DNA from: Candidatus Multivoradales bacterium
GTDB lineage: Bacteria; Acidobacteriota; Thermoanaerobaculia; Multivoradales; JAHEKO01
Assembly (NCBI GenBank): GCA_965223855.1
Contig: CBDCXM010000002.1
Location: 225,879-289,878, forward strand
Length of the DNA: 64,000 nt
Direction of reading: 5' to 3'
Made by a program: the position numbers and the translations under genes. Positions 43,080-53,137 of this stretch are shown in pieces. Position 1 is the stretch's first letter, and every line of letters begins with the position of its first letter. The notes under the pieces were generated by a model. The model ran no database searches, had not been told where the DNA came from, and saw only the letters and a program-made list of their open reading frames with translations.

Positions 43080-44233
43080 GCGCGGCTTCGTCGCCTTCTC
43101 TCGCGGAGTGTTTGCGCTGTTCGCGCAGCGGCGAGACCGCTTCTCTCGACCGGGCGAGCTTCCTCTCGCCGGTGGGCGCACCCTGGCTCGTGGACTACCG
43201 GCTCGGCGGAGTCGATGGGGACGAGCTGGCCGCTCGCTGGCGCGCCCGGCCGTGGTCGATGTGGCGCTACCTCGAGCTGCTGCCGCCGGTGGCGGAGGCG
43301 CGGCGGATCGACCTCGGCGAAGGAGGGACGCCGCTGGTTCGCCTGTCGAAGTCGGCACCGGAAGGGGTCGAGGTCTGGTTCAAGGAGGAGGCGGGCAATC
43401 CGACCGGCTCGTTCAAGGACCGTGGACTGTCGATGGCGGTCAACCGCGCGGTCGAGCTCGGGGCGCCTGGAGTGCAGCTTCCGAGCGCCGGTAATGCAGC
43501 TCTCGCCCTGACCGCCTACGCTGCGGCGGCGGGTCTTCCGGCGCGCGTCGCCGTGCCCGAAGACACCCCCGCGACCGTCCTCGAGCGCTGCCGCGGCTAC
43601 GGTGCCGAGGTGCTGACCGCACCCGGGACCCTTCTCGACGCGGCACGTCGGTTGGAGGAGTTCGATGACGGCTTCTGGACCCTGGCGACGATGAAGGAGC
43701 CGTACCGCGCCGAGGGCAAGAAGACCATGGGCCTGGAGCTGGCGGACCAGTGCGACTGGAATCTCCCCGACTGGATCGTCTATCCGACGGGCGGGGGGAC
43801 CGGCATCATCGGCATGCAGCGGGCGTTCGACCAGCTCGAAGAGCTCGGGTTGCTGACCGGAAGCAGGCCGCGCTTCCTGGCCGTACAGATGGAAGGGTGC
43901 GCGCCGATCGTCGAGGCGTTCGAACACGGTCGGCCGGTGTCGGAGCCGTGGAAGGACGCTGCGACCGAGGTGTGGGGCCTGAGGGTGCCGAAGGCGATTG
44001 GTGACTTCCTGATCCTCGATGCGCTCGTGTCGAGCGGCGGAGCCGCGGTACGAGTCGAAGAGGCCCGCATCGAACCGACGCTGGCGTCCGTCGCCAGACG
44101 CGACGGGTTGCGATTCGGGCCCGAAGGAGCGGCCTGTCTGCTGGCGATCGAGCAGGGGGTCGAGCGTGGGCTGATCCGTCGAGGACAACGCGTCGCACTT
44201 TTTCAGACCGGCCACCCCGACAACTACCGGTGA
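43076..44233 (+). CDS. thrC: Threonine synthase (PLP)
   Basis: MWRY, LGEGGTP, NPTGSFKDRG, SAGNA, EGKKT, YPTGGG. Confidence 0.85.
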   Translation: MSAASSPSLAECLRCSRSGETASLDRASFLSPVGAPWLVDYRLGGVDGDELAARWRARPWSMWRYLELLPPVAEARRIDLGEGGTPLVRLSKSAPEGVEVWFKEEAGNPTGSFKDRGLSMAVNRAVELGAPGVQLPSAGNAALALTAYAAAAGLPARVAVPEDTPATVLERCRGYGAEVLTAPGTLLDAARRLEEFDDGFWTLATMKEPYRAEGKKTMGLELADQCDWNLPDWIVYPTGGGTGIIGMQRAFDQLEELGLLTGSRPRFLAVQMEGCAPIVEAFEHGRPVSEPWKDAATEVWGLRVPKAIGDFLILDALVSSGGAAVRVEEARIEPTLASVARRDGLRFGPEGAACLLAIEQGVERGLIRRGQRVALFQTGHPDNYR

Positions 44234-45246
44234 AGCAGCGACTCCAGTCCGTCGTCGACGAGCTCGTCGCGTCCGGAGACGCGGTCGCGGCTGCCGCCGT
44301 CGTCGGCTCTGCCGATGCGGTGTGGGCCGAGGTTCGCGCCGGCTTTCGGGATCCCGGGAGGAGCCGTCGACTGGGACGGTGGAATCGCTTCGACCTGGCG
44401 TCGCTCACCAAGCCGTGGCTTGCCACGCTGGCGCTGGTCGACGACGACGAGCTCCCCCTGTCGACGCCGCTCGGCGATCTGCTGGGGGCGACCTCGGACC
44501 TGTGGCGGGATTGCTCTCTCGAGTCGTTGCTGCGCCATCGATCCGGGCTCCCGGCATGGCGTCCGCTCTACCGGATGGCCCGCACTCCCGAGGCGGCGAT
44601 GCGTCGCCTCGCCGCGATCGAGACGACCGCCCGGGTGCCGACCTACAGCGACCTCGGATTCATCCTCTACGCACGCGCGGCCGCGGACGCCTTCGGCGAG
44701 CCGATCGAGATGCGACTTCTGCGCCGCGTCGCCGGTCGCCTCGGGCTGCGCACCGTCGGCAGCCGACCGCCAGCGTCGACTGCGGTGGCCTGTCCGCTGA
44801 CGAACGCCGTCGAGGTCGAGCTGGCGCGGGAGGCTGGATTCCGCGTCGCGGCCGCGGGATCTCCCGAGGTCGGTATCGTGCAGGACGGCAACGCTCGCTT
44901 CCTCGGTGGAGTGGCGGGACACGCGGGGCTGTTCGCGCCGGCCCGTGCGCTGTGGAGGCTGGGAGCGGAGTGGCTTCGCCCGGGGCGTCTGTTGATGCGC
45001 GAGCAGGTCGAGCGAGCGCTTTCGGGGCCCGGGCGGTATCGCCTCGGCTGGTGGCGGCCCGGCGCGGCGAAGCGTGCGACGCGTGCCCTCGGCAGGGAGT
45101 CGTTCGGCCACCATGGCTTCACCGGCGGCAGCCTGTGGGTCGATCCGGAGGCGGGCTGCGTCCTCGTGCTCCTGGCGCACCGCTCGTCGGTCGACGTCGA
45201 CATGGACCGATGGCGCAACCGCTTCCACCGCACCGCTCTGGCCTGA
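44230..45246 (+). CDS. Serine hydrolase, beta-lactamase family
   Basis: FDLASLTK (SxxK), YSD, GHAGLF, GHHGFTG. Confidence 0.88.
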   Translation: MKQRLQSVVDELVASGDAVAAAAVVGSADAVWAEVRAGFRDPGRSRRLGRWNRFDLASLTKPWLATLALVDDDELPLSTPLGDLLGATSDLWRDCSLESLLRHRSGLPAWRPLYRMARTPEAAMRRLAAIETTARVPTYSDLGFILYARAAADAFGEPIEMRLLRRVAGRLGLRTVGSRPPASTAVACPLTNAVEVELAREAGFRVAAAGSPEVGIVQDGNARFLGGVAGHAGLFAPARALWRLGAEWLRPGRLLMREQVERALSGPGRYRLGWWRPGAAKRATRALGRESFGHHGFTGGSLWVDPEAGCVLVLLAHRSSVDVDMDRWRNRFHRTALA

Positions 45247-45378
45247 GGGTCCCAGCGGCTCCCCGCTGCAGGACCGTGTCCGGCAAGCGGAGGCCTGGTG
45301 AGAACTCGAGTCCAGGCACATGGTAGAAACCAGGTGCGGAAACTACCGCCGGCCTCGCGCCGGCTCTGGAGACTCTTG

Positions 45379-46560
45379 ATGACTCAGGAACTGGTTCTCG
45401 TCAACGGAGCGCGCACGCCGATGGGAGAGTTCGGTGGCTCGCTCGCCCGAACCTCCGCTCTCGAACTGGGCGCTCATGCCGCGAAGGCGGCGCTCGAGCG
45501 CAGCGGCTACGAAGCCAACGAGATCGACCACACCGTGGTCGGCAACGCATTGCAGACGTCGGCCGACGCGATTTACGGGGCGCGGCATGTGGCGCTGGGC
45601 GCCGGTGTGCCGATCGAAACGCCTGCGGTGACCGTCAACCGGCTCTGCGGTTCCGGGATCCAGTCGATCCTGTCGGGTGTCCACCTGATCCTCGCCCGAG
45701 AGGCGACGACCTGCCTGGTGGGCGGGATCGAGAACATGAGCCAGGCGCCCCACTGCATCTGGGGAGCCCGAGAGGGGTTCAAGCTCGGTCAGGGCAAGCT
45801 GGAAGACCTGTTGATGGCTGCGCTCTACGACCCCTACTGCGGCTGCTTCATGGCGCAGACCAGCAACAACCTCGCTCACGACTTCGGCATCACCCGCGAG
45901 GAGCAGGACGCCTTCGCGCTCGGGAGCCAGCAGAAGGCGGCTGCGGCGATCGAGGCGGGGCGGTTGGCGGAGGAGATCGCGCCGATCGAGGTCGGCAAGG
46001 GCAGGCGGGCTCGGGTCGTCGATACCGACGAGCATCCGCGACCGGAGACCACGGCGGAGGTGCTCGCCGGGCTGCCGGTGGTCTTCGGCGAGGACTCGTT
46101 TGTCACCGCGGGCAACGCTTCGGGCATCGTCGACGGCGCCGCCATGATGGTGCTCACCACCGCCGAGGCCGCTGCCGCCCGGGGCGTCGAGCCGCTCGGC
46201 CGCATCCGCTCCTGGGCGGTGGTCGGTGTCGAGCCGTCGCGCATGGGTATCGGTCCCGCGCCGGCGATTCGCAAGGCGCTCGAGCGCGCCGGCATGGAGC
46301 TGTCGGATCTCGACCTGATCGAGATCAACGAGGCGTTCGCCGGCCAGATCCTCGCCGTGGTGCGCGATCTCGATCTCGACCCCGACAGGCTCAACGTCAA
46401 CGGCGGAGCGATCGCTCTCGGGCATCCGCTCGGTGCAACCGGCACCCGCATCACCCTGACGCTGCTCATGGAGCTGCGCCGCAGAGGAGGAGGCGTGGGA
46501 GTCGCTTCGGCCTGCATCGGGGGTGGTCAGGGCATTGCTCTGATCGTCGAGAGCGCCTAG
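45379..46560 (+). CDS. Acetyl-CoA acyltransferase (thiolase)
   Basis: NRLCGSG, TAGNASG, EINEAFA, GHPLGATG, CIGGGQG. Confidence 0.95.
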   Translation: MTQELVLVNGARTPMGEFGGSLARTSALELGAHAAKAALERSGYEANEIDHTVVGNALQTSADAIYGARHVALGAGVPIETPAVTVNRLCGSGIQSILSGVHLILAREATTCLVGGIENMSQAPHCIWGAREGFKLGQGKLEDLLMAALYDPYCGCFMAQTSNNLAHDFGITREEQDAFALGSQQKAAAAIEAGRLAEEIAPIEVGKGRRARVVDTDEHPRPETTAEVLAGLPVVFGEDSFVTAGNASGIVDGAAMMVLTTAEAAAARGVEPLGRIRSWAVVGVEPSRMGIGPAPAIRKALERAGMELSDLDLIEINEAFAGQILAVVRDLDLDPDRLNVNGGAIALGHPLGATGTRITLTLLMELRRRGGGVGVASACIGGGQGIALIVESA

Positions 46561-46842
46561 TCGGGCGAGGCCTTCGGACTCCGGGAGGGCCGAAGGCGAG
46601 GACGGTGGGCGGCGAGGGGCGCCCTCAGGCAGAACATCGTTGCCTTGGGAAGCTGCTGAGCGGCAGTTGTCGGTAGGTGGATGGTCTCGGTCCGGGTGCT
46701 GCGCCTTCGCGAAGGACTTCAGGTAGGGGGTTGTCGATGGGTGGGCTTGCCGGGTAGGTGTACTCGAGTTTGACCGTACCCGGAGAAGGGTGAGCGCGTG
46801 CACCGTTCGGAGGAGGCAGCCCTCGAAGCGGCCGGATTGCCT

Positions 46843-48384
46843 TCAGGTGGACTCGCCTCTCAACAGAGGGAGTCGGGCCCGGACCTCGTCCCGCTCCAGA
46901 CCGAGCTTCGCCGAACGTTCGACGAGGACGTCCAGATCGACGGGCACCGCGCCGGTGCGGAGGTACCGGTCGAGGCCGGCGATGTCGATCGGGGCGAGGC
47001 GATCGAGGGTCGAGCTTACGAGCTGTGCGGGATCCTCGCGGTAGCGCTCAAGGTCCGTGACGAGCGTCCCGAGGAGTGGCTCGCACAGCGGGTCTTCGCA
47101 GCCGAGGAAGCCTTCCCAGGCGGGCGCCTCGGGCGAACAGAGCCTTTCGCGAGCTTCGGACCAGCTCACGACGGCGAAGTAGACCGCCGCGACCGCCTGG
47201 AAGCTCTCGAGGCTCGGGGTGGTCCGATACGAGGTGGACACGAGAGCATCGATGGCGTCCGCCTCTGCGGCGAGGAGGCGGGCGTAGTGCTCCACCGACC
47301 TCGGTCCTCCTCGAGGGAGGTCGCGAGTCACCAGGTCGGCTACCCTTTCGACCGCTCGTAGTGTCCACGCGATTCCGGTCGAGAACAGCGGGTCGATGAA
47401 GGTGTAGGTGTGGGGGAGGGCCAGCCATCGCCGGCCGGCCGCCGCCGCCAGTCGATGCTGAACCCGCTCGACGGCGGCGAACGCACGTGTGGGGCGCGCT
47501 CTCCCGTAACGGGCCTGCAGGTGCGGATAGCGGGCGATGAGTTCTGCCCAGACGCCTCGGGGCTCAGCGGCCTCGCCGACCTCACCGGCCTCTTTCAAGG
47601 GCCACTGTCGCAGGAGCGCCCCGGCGCTGACACGACCGTCGTCGAATCTGAGCTCGTAGATCCAGCCTTCTTCGATCAGGTGATGCACCGCGGACCATTG
47701 CGGCGGGTAGGGGAGCCCTCGATCGGTCGATGGCTCGCCGACGCCCTCGAAGTGGGAGTAGACGAGCGACGAGCGGGTTCGCAGCCCGTTGGCGTCGCCT
47801 TCGACGAGCCCGAGTCGTCGCGCGAGCTGCCGGCGTCCGGTGGCATCGATCCACCAGGGGGTGGCAACCTGTCGCTCACCTTCCGCAGACCTCAGCGTCA
47901 GGACGGAGTGATCGTGCCGTTCGTCGATCGCGACGATCGCGGTGCGCTGTCGCACCTCCACCCCTTCGGCGAGCGCCCGTTCGACCTGACGGGCATCGAA
48001 GTCCGATCGCATCCAGTGGGTGTCCGCCACCTCGTCGTTCGGGCTCGCGGCGACGGCGAGCACTCTCGGCGGGCCGGCCTCGCCGGGGACGTGCTCGCAG
48101 AAAGTGAACCCGCGCTTGAGCCCGCAGCGCAGCTCGGGGGAGTTGCGCTGCCATCGGCCCCAGGTGGCGTGGCCGTGCAGGTCACCGAGGCCGTAGTCGG
48201 CCGCCAGCCGCTCGAGGCTCAGCGCGGCGAGGGGTGTGGAGGACTCGCCGAGGGCGAAGCGTGGGTGCTCTCCCTTCTCGACGAGCAGTACCCGGCGGCC
48301 GCGGCTCTGGAGCGCGCGGGCGAGGATCGTGCCGCCGAAGCCGCTGCCGGCGATGACGACGTCGTAGCGGTCCGCGGCGGACAT
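46843..48384 (-). CDS. Flavin-dependent halogenase-like oxidoreductase
   Basis: GSGFGG, HPRFALGES, GLKRGF (Lys), RSDFD, DATGR, GWIYELRF, FIDPLFSTG. Confidence 0.8.
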   Translation of the reverse strand: MSAADRYDVVIAGSGFGGTILARALQSRGRRVLLVEKGEHPRFALGESSTPLAALSLERLAADYGLGDLHGHATWGRWQRNSPELRCGLKRGFTFCEHVPGEAGPPRVLAVAASPNDEVADTHWMRSDFDARQVERALAEGVEVRQRTAIVAIDERHDHSVLTLRSAEGERQVATPWWIDATGRRQLARRLGLVEGDANGLRTRSSLVYSHFEGVGEPSTDRGLPYPPQWSAVHHLIEEGWIYELRFDDGRVSAGALLRQWPLKEAGEVGEAAEPRGVWAELIARYPHLQARYGRARPTRAFAAVERVQHRLAAAAGRRWLALPHTYTFIDPLFSTGIAWTLRAVERVADLVTRDLPRGGPRSVEHYARLLAAEADAIDALVSTSYRTTPSLESFQAVAAVYFAVVSWSEARERLCSPEAPAWEGFLGCEDPLCEPLLGTLVTDLERYREDPAQLVSSTLDRLAPIDIAGLDRYLRTGAVPVDLDVLVERSAKLGLERDEVRARLPLLRGEST

Positions 48385-48389
48385 CCGCC

Positions 48390-49427
48390 TCACGACCGAC
48401 AGTGCTCGCAGGACACCGGAGGCTCGACCCCACCTGAAGCGTTCATCGCCTCGAGCCGGCGGCGCCGGGTGTCCCTGCAGGCACCCGTGGCGCACGACCG
48501 CGGACCCGGCACCGACTCGAGATCCCAGGTGTCGAGGGTTACGACGAAGCTCGCGTCGCCGAGAGTGAGCGCCTTCTCGAAGGTCCTCTCGAGGCCCTCG
48601 AGGGTCGGAGGGGCGACTCGGCCCGCTCGCACCAGGGCTCGGATCGGAGCTTCCGACGCCCGCAGGGGGACGATCGAGACCTGGTGCACTCCCAGTTCGC
48701 GCGCGAAGCGAATCGTGGCCAGGGTCGCGGCCTCGGCCTCTTCGGGCGGAACGCCGGGTGCCGGGTGGAGAACGAAGGTGCGGACGCGCAGACCGTTGTC
48801 GAGAGCGAAGGCGGTGCTCCGGCGGATGTCCTCGAGGGTCATCTTCTTGTTGAGACTCGCCAGAGCCCCGGCGTGGGTCGTCTCGAGACCCAGCGCCAGC
48901 TCCAGCCGATGGGGGCTCGTCTCGCCGGGTGCCGGCTCGTCAGGTGCCGGCTCGTCAGGTGCCAGGCGCCTGGCGAAGTCGAGGCAGCGCTCGTCGATCA
49001 GGCGGGGATGGCACTCGACGATCACCCGCTCGAACGATGCCACCAGACGGGCGATCTCCGGCAGGTCGGCGGTGGGGACCGCTCTGCCGTCGAAGAAGTT
49101 GCTCGCGTTGTAGAGCTTGAGGTCGGTGACGTTCTGCGGAATGCCGTCGAGGCCGTCACGGATCTGCGCGGGGAGGGCGCTCTCCGGGGTGAGCCCGTCG
49201 ACGGTGTAGCGCCACAGGTCGCAGTACGTACAGGCGAACGGGCACTCAGCGCCGGTGAGGAAGAGCGTCCGCACACGGCGCCGGCCGTCCGCAGTGCGCT
49301 CGAGCTCGTCGCTCGTCCCCTGCAGCTTCCACGGGTCGAGCCTCGCTCTGGCGCTCACCGCCGGCCGCGCCTGGCGGACCGCGGAGTCGTCCCACCGCCG
49401 AGGCGGCGGCGCTTCGGACCGCGTCAC
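48390..49427 (-). CDS. Radical SAM protein (TIGR01210/RaSEA-like)
   Basis: CPFACTYC, KLYNASNFFD, VECHP, ALGLET, LNK; GTG start overlaps the upstream stop. Confidence 0.82.
   Translation of the reverse strand: MTRSEAPPPRRWDDSAVRQARPAVSARARLDPWKLQGTSDELERTADGRRRVRTLFLTGAECPFACTYCDLWRYTVDGLTPESALPAQIRDGLDGIPQNVTDLKLYNASNFFDGRAVPTADLPEIARLVASFERVIVECHPRLIDERCLDFARRLAPDEPAPDEPAPGETSPHRLELALGLETTHAGALASLNKKMTLEDIRRSTAFALDNGLRVRTFVLHPAPGVPPEEAEAATLATIRFARELGVHQVSIVPLRASEAPIRALVRAGRVAPPTLEGLERTFEKALTLGDASFVVTLDTWDLESVPGPRSCATGACRDTRRRRLEAMNASGGVEPPVSCEHCRS
48928..48963. repeat. 15-bp tandem repeat (2.4 copies) inside the radical SAM gene
   Basis: GGTGCCGGCTCGTCA x2 plus GGTGCC; encodes APDEPAPDEPAP. 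Confidence 0.85.
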
Positions 49428-50755
49428 CCGGCCGAATGGAGCGCCGCGAAGTGGCGCCGATAGGCGCCCTCGTCGTGCGCGAACAGTCGGGCGAAGGTCG
49501 AAGACTCGACCGCACCCTCCTGAAACCGACGCTTCGGGTAGATCGGCATCCGCCGGCCGAAGTGCGCCTCGATGCCGCGTCTCACCACCTCGCCCTTGAG
49601 CTCGTACAGCTTCTCGTGGGAGCCGCCGGTGAGCGTCTTGAAGGGGATCGCTTCGGCGACGGCGATCACCTGCGGCTGGGTGAAGGGACTGAAGCCCTCG
49701 AAGCCGAAGTGTCGCGCCGGAGCGTAGGTCCTCACGCAGCCTCGGGAGTAGCCGCCACTGTAGGTGAGGGAGTGCTTGATCGAGTGCACGCCCCAACCCT
49801 CCTGATAGAGCATCGAGTTGTTGACGACGCTACGGATCGTGAGCTCAGCGTTCTCCTCGATCGGGTAGTCCTTGAGGTTCTCGTCGCCACCGTCACCGTC
49901 GACGAGCAGCTTCCACTCCGGGTAGCGCTGCCGGAGCGCCTCGAGCAGCGCCAGATTCACGGTCGCACATTCGACGTCTCGCGGCTTGTAGTCCTCGATC
50001 GTGGCGACCGCCGCCATCGGGTCGAGCGCGCTCGACGGGACCTCGACAGCCTCGCCGAGAAAGTCGAGGTCGAGTTCGCGCAGGAAGGCGCGCGCCTGTT
50101 CGAGATCGGGCCCTCCGCCATCGACCGCGAGGGTGAACGCCTTGAGGCGTGCCGCGCTCCGGCCGGAGGCGAGAAGGAGTTCGTGCAGCGCCACCAGCAC
50201 GGCGCCGCTGTCGGCACCGCCGGAGAACAGGACCCCGATCGGCTCGTCGTCGTCCTGGCGCTCCAGCCACGAACGAAGGCTCTCTGCCAGCGCGCCGACG
50301 TAGCGTCGGCCGATCTCGTCGAGGTCGGCCGGCAGCGTCGCCATCTCGGGATCGAAGTACTTGGTGTACGTCGGGTTGGGGTCGGGGCACCCGAGCAATC
50401 TGAGCTGGGTGACGTAGTGGGCTGGAGCCATGCGGGTGTAGGCGGGATGAAACTGGTCGCCGTAGCCCTTCTCCTCGAGGAAGGCGGCGATGGCGTCGAT
50501 CCGGTCGGCGACGACCAGGAGCGGGCCCGCCTCCTGCTTGGCGAGGAAGTAGCGCAGCGGCCGATCGAGACTGCGGGCGAGCAGCACCCGCTCGCCGTCG
50601 CGCGCGACGAGAGCGTACGAGCCGCGCGCCTCCCTCAGGCGATCGACGTCGCCGTCGAGCATCGCCTGCTCGAGCTCCGAGCGTTCGCCGTCGAGAAGCC
50701 GGTCGGAATCGGGGTTCAGCAGCGACACGAGGTCGTGGATCGGGGCGGTCTTCAT
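49424..50755 (-). CDS. Asparagine-synthetase-related ATP pyrophosphatase
   Basis: PP-loop FSGGADS, DGDGGDE, SPF..K..KRRFQEG; no N-terminal Cys; SD AAGGAG. Confidence 0.85.
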   Translation of the reverse strand: MKTAPIHDLVSLLNPDSDRLLDGERSELEQAMLDGDVDRLREARGSYALVARDGERVLLARSLDRPLRYFLAKQEAGPLLVVADRIDAIAAFLEEKGYGDQFHPAYTRMAPAHYVTQLRLLGCPDPNPTYTKYFDPEMATLPADLDEIGRRYVGALAESLRSWLERQDDDEPIGVLFSGGADSGAVLVALHELLLASGRSAARLKAFTLAVDGGGPDLEQARAFLRELDLDFLGEAVEVPSSALDPMAAVATIEDYKPRDVECATVNLALLEALRQRYPEWKLLVDGDGGDENLKDYPIEENAELTIRSVVNNSMLYQEGWGVHSIKHSLTYSGGYSRGCVRTYAPARHFGFEGFSPFTQPQVIAVAEAIPFKTLTGGSHEKLYELKGEVVRRGIEAHFGRRMPIYPKRRFQEGAVESSTFARLFAHDEGAYRRHFAALHSAG

Positions 50756-50864
50756 GTTCGGTGGGCTCCTTTCGGACGGCGGTTCCGCGCGGGGAGGCTA
50801 GCAGATCCCGGTTGAGCCGAAGCGGCGGCTCCGGGGGCATGAGAGGGGCGACGCAGCCGCCGAA

Positions 50865-53063
50865 TCACTCGATCGGTGGGAGGGGAGAGGAGCGACGCCA
50901 CCAGCGCCGTTGAGGGGGCCGGGACTTGCGGTGAAAGAGGAACCTCTCGGCGCCTTTGCGCTCGCGGGCGAGCCGGAGGCCGGTCCCCACGTCGACCCAG
51001 TGCTCGACGACCGAATCCGGTCTGCGGGGGGACCAGGGGCCGAGGCGTGGCGCGGCATCCTCGACGAAGGCTCTCCAGATCGGGGCGGCCGCTCGCGCCC
51101 CGGAAAGGCCCAACGGGCTCGCGTCGTCGAGGCCGACCCATACGACCGTCACGAGTTGCCCGGAACCGCCCGCGTACCAGGCGTCTCGCAGGTCGGACGA
51201 CGTGCCCGTCTTGCCGAAGGTCACCGCCGCACCCTCCTCGCGGGCGAGGAGGTCGACCACGAGATAGGTGGCTGCGGGCGAGGCCACCTTGCTGGTACCC
51301 GAGTCACGGAGCCAGATGCGGCGGCCGGCCGGTGTCCAGGCGCGGTGGGCAACGTCGGGTCGGCGGATCCGTCCACCGCCGAGGAGCGCGGTGTAGGCGG
51401 TCGCAAGCTCCAGAGGGCTCGTCTCGATCGCTCCGAGGACGAAAGAGGGCGGCGGATCGGGGGGCAGGGCGAGTCCGGCCCGCCGCAGTCGGCGGGCGGT
51501 GGCGTCGAAGCCGCACCATCGGGCGAGGCGGACGAGCGGGACGTTGAGCGATCGTTCGAGAGCGTCGCGCACCGTCACCACACCCCGGAACTGGCGGTCG
51601 TCGTTCTGAGGCGACCAATCTCCCGCCGGCAGCTCGAGGGTCAGCGGCTCGTCACGAATGCGTCGCGATGGGAACACCGCGTCCCGTCGGCCGCAGGCGT
51701 CGAGAGCCTCGAGGGCGACTAGCGGTTTGAGGGTCGAGCCGGGTTGGCGACGGGCGTTGCGGGCGCGATCGAACTCTCCAGGCCTGGCCGGGTCACCGCC
51801 GACGTAGGCGACCACCGCGCCGGTCGTGGCATCGAGTGCGACGAGGGCGGCCTGGAGCTCCCGGCCGCGTAGTCCGCGATGGTCGCGGCGCAGCCGCTCG
51901 AGGCCGTCTCGCACCGCCTCCTCGGCGAGACGCTGGAGCGCCGGATCGAGGGTCGCCTCGACCCGCGCCCCCCTCTCCTCGGCGCCGAGCTCGGAACCGA
52001 GCCAGCGTAGATAGTGCCGGGCGGGTGGCGGCTCGATCCGGCCGGGGCGGACGGGAGGAAGCCGCCGGCGGGCGCGTGCCAGCTCCGCCGGGTCGATCCA
52101 GCCTTCCGCTTCTGAAGCCTCCTCCTCGAGCTTGTCGAGGACCCTGCGATAACGCGGTTCGACCGCCTCGGGACTGCGCAGCGGCGACATGCGGTTGGGA
52201 GCCTGCACGATCGCGGCGAGCACCGCCCCTTCGGCGAGGCTCAGCTGCCGGGGCGACTTCGAGTAGTAGGCGCGTGCCGCGGCGGCGAGGCCGTAGAGAC
52301 TTACGCCGTCGACGTGCCCGTAGTAGACCGAGTTGAGGTAGGCCTCGAGGATCTCCTCCTTGGTGTGTTCCGCTTCGAGAGCGAGCGCCCTGACCGCCTC
52401 CGACGCCTTGCGCCCCAGCGAGCGGCGCGGTGAGAGGTCGCGGAGCTTGATGAGCTGCTGGGTGATCGTGCTCCCACCCTGGACGACTCCACCCGACCTG
52501 ACGTTGGCCAGCAACGCCCTGGCGATGGCCCGGCCGTCGATGCCGCGATGCTCGAAGAAGCGGGCATCCTCGATCGCGAGGAGCGGTCTCCAGACATGCT
52601 CCGGGATGCGGTCGAAGTCGATCCATCGCCCCTGGAAGCGAGATTCGTCGAAGCTCGTTGCGAGCAGCTCTCCCTCGATCTGGAACCGTTCGAGGCGCTG
52701 CTCGGAAGCCGATTCTCCGGGCTCCGATCGAAGGCCGACGACGGTTCCATGAGGGCGCTCCAGTGCGAGACCGAGCAGCCGGGCGTCGCGGCCCGGCGAA
52801 GCCCGCCGGTAGACCCAGAAGTTGTCGTGCCCCCAGAAGAACTCGCCCGGGCTCGAGGGGAGCTCACGGACCCGGGAGTATCCGAGGGCCTCCAACCGGC
52901 CTGCGAGATCGAGATCGCCGACCCGTGCGCGGGGAGGGGCGACCAGTGGCGTCGAGTAGACGCGGACTTCGTTGCGCCCGAGGCGGTCGCGCAGCGACTC
53001 CGCCGCCATCGGGCCGGCCGAGGAGATCGCGAGCGCAACGACGAGCGGCAGAGGGCGGATCAT
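50865..53063 (-). CDS. mrcB: Bifunctional transglycosylase/transpeptidase (PBP1b-like)
   Basis: UB2H-like region, EDARFFEH, QGGSTITQQL, RQPGSTLK, SLN, KTG; TACAAT 6 nt before ATG. Confidence 0.85.
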   Translation of the reverse strand: MIRPLPLVVALAISSAGPMAAESLRDRLGRNEVRVYSTPLVAPPRARVGDLDLAGRLEALGYSRVRELPSSPGEFFWGHDNFWVYRRASPGRDARLLGLALERPHGTVVGLRSEPGESASEQRLERFQIEGELLATSFDESRFQGRWIDFDRIPEHVWRPLLAIEDARFFEHRGIDGRAIARALLANVRSGGVVQGGSTITQQLIKLRDLSPRRSLGRKASEAVRALALEAEHTKEEILEAYLNSVYYGHVDGVSLYGLAAAARAYYSKSPRQLSLAEGAVLAAIVQAPNRMSPLRSPEAVEPRYRRVLDKLEEEASEAEGWIDPAELARARRRLPPVRPGRIEPPPARHYLRWLGSELGAEERGARVEATLDPALQRLAEEAVRDGLERLRRDHRGLRGRELQAALVALDATTGAVVAYVGGDPARPGEFDRARNARRQPGSTLKPLVALEALDACGRRDAVFPSRRIRDEPLTLELPAGDWSPQNDDRQFRGVVTVRDALERSLNVPLVRLARWCGFDATARRLRRAGLALPPDPPPSFVLGAIETSPLELATAYTALLGGGRIRRPDVAHRAWTPAGRRIWLRDSGTSKVASPAATYLVVDLLAREEGAAVTFGKTGTSSDLRDAWYAGGSGQLVTVVWVGLDDASPLGLSGARAAAPIWRAFVEDAAPRLGPWSPRRPDSVVEHWVDVGTGLRLARERKGAERFLFHRKSRPPQRRWWRRSSPLPPIE

Positions 53064-53137
53064 CGGGCGATTGTAGTCAGCCACGGTGCGCCTTTCGGAA
53101 GGGTCGAAGGAGCTCCGCTGTGAGAGCGAGAGCGGGG

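Noticed and set aside
46561-50865. Lasso-peptide/RiPP cluster based on the AsnB-like gene
   Set aside because: No precursor ORF, RRE/PqqD or leader protease in the flanking intergenic regions
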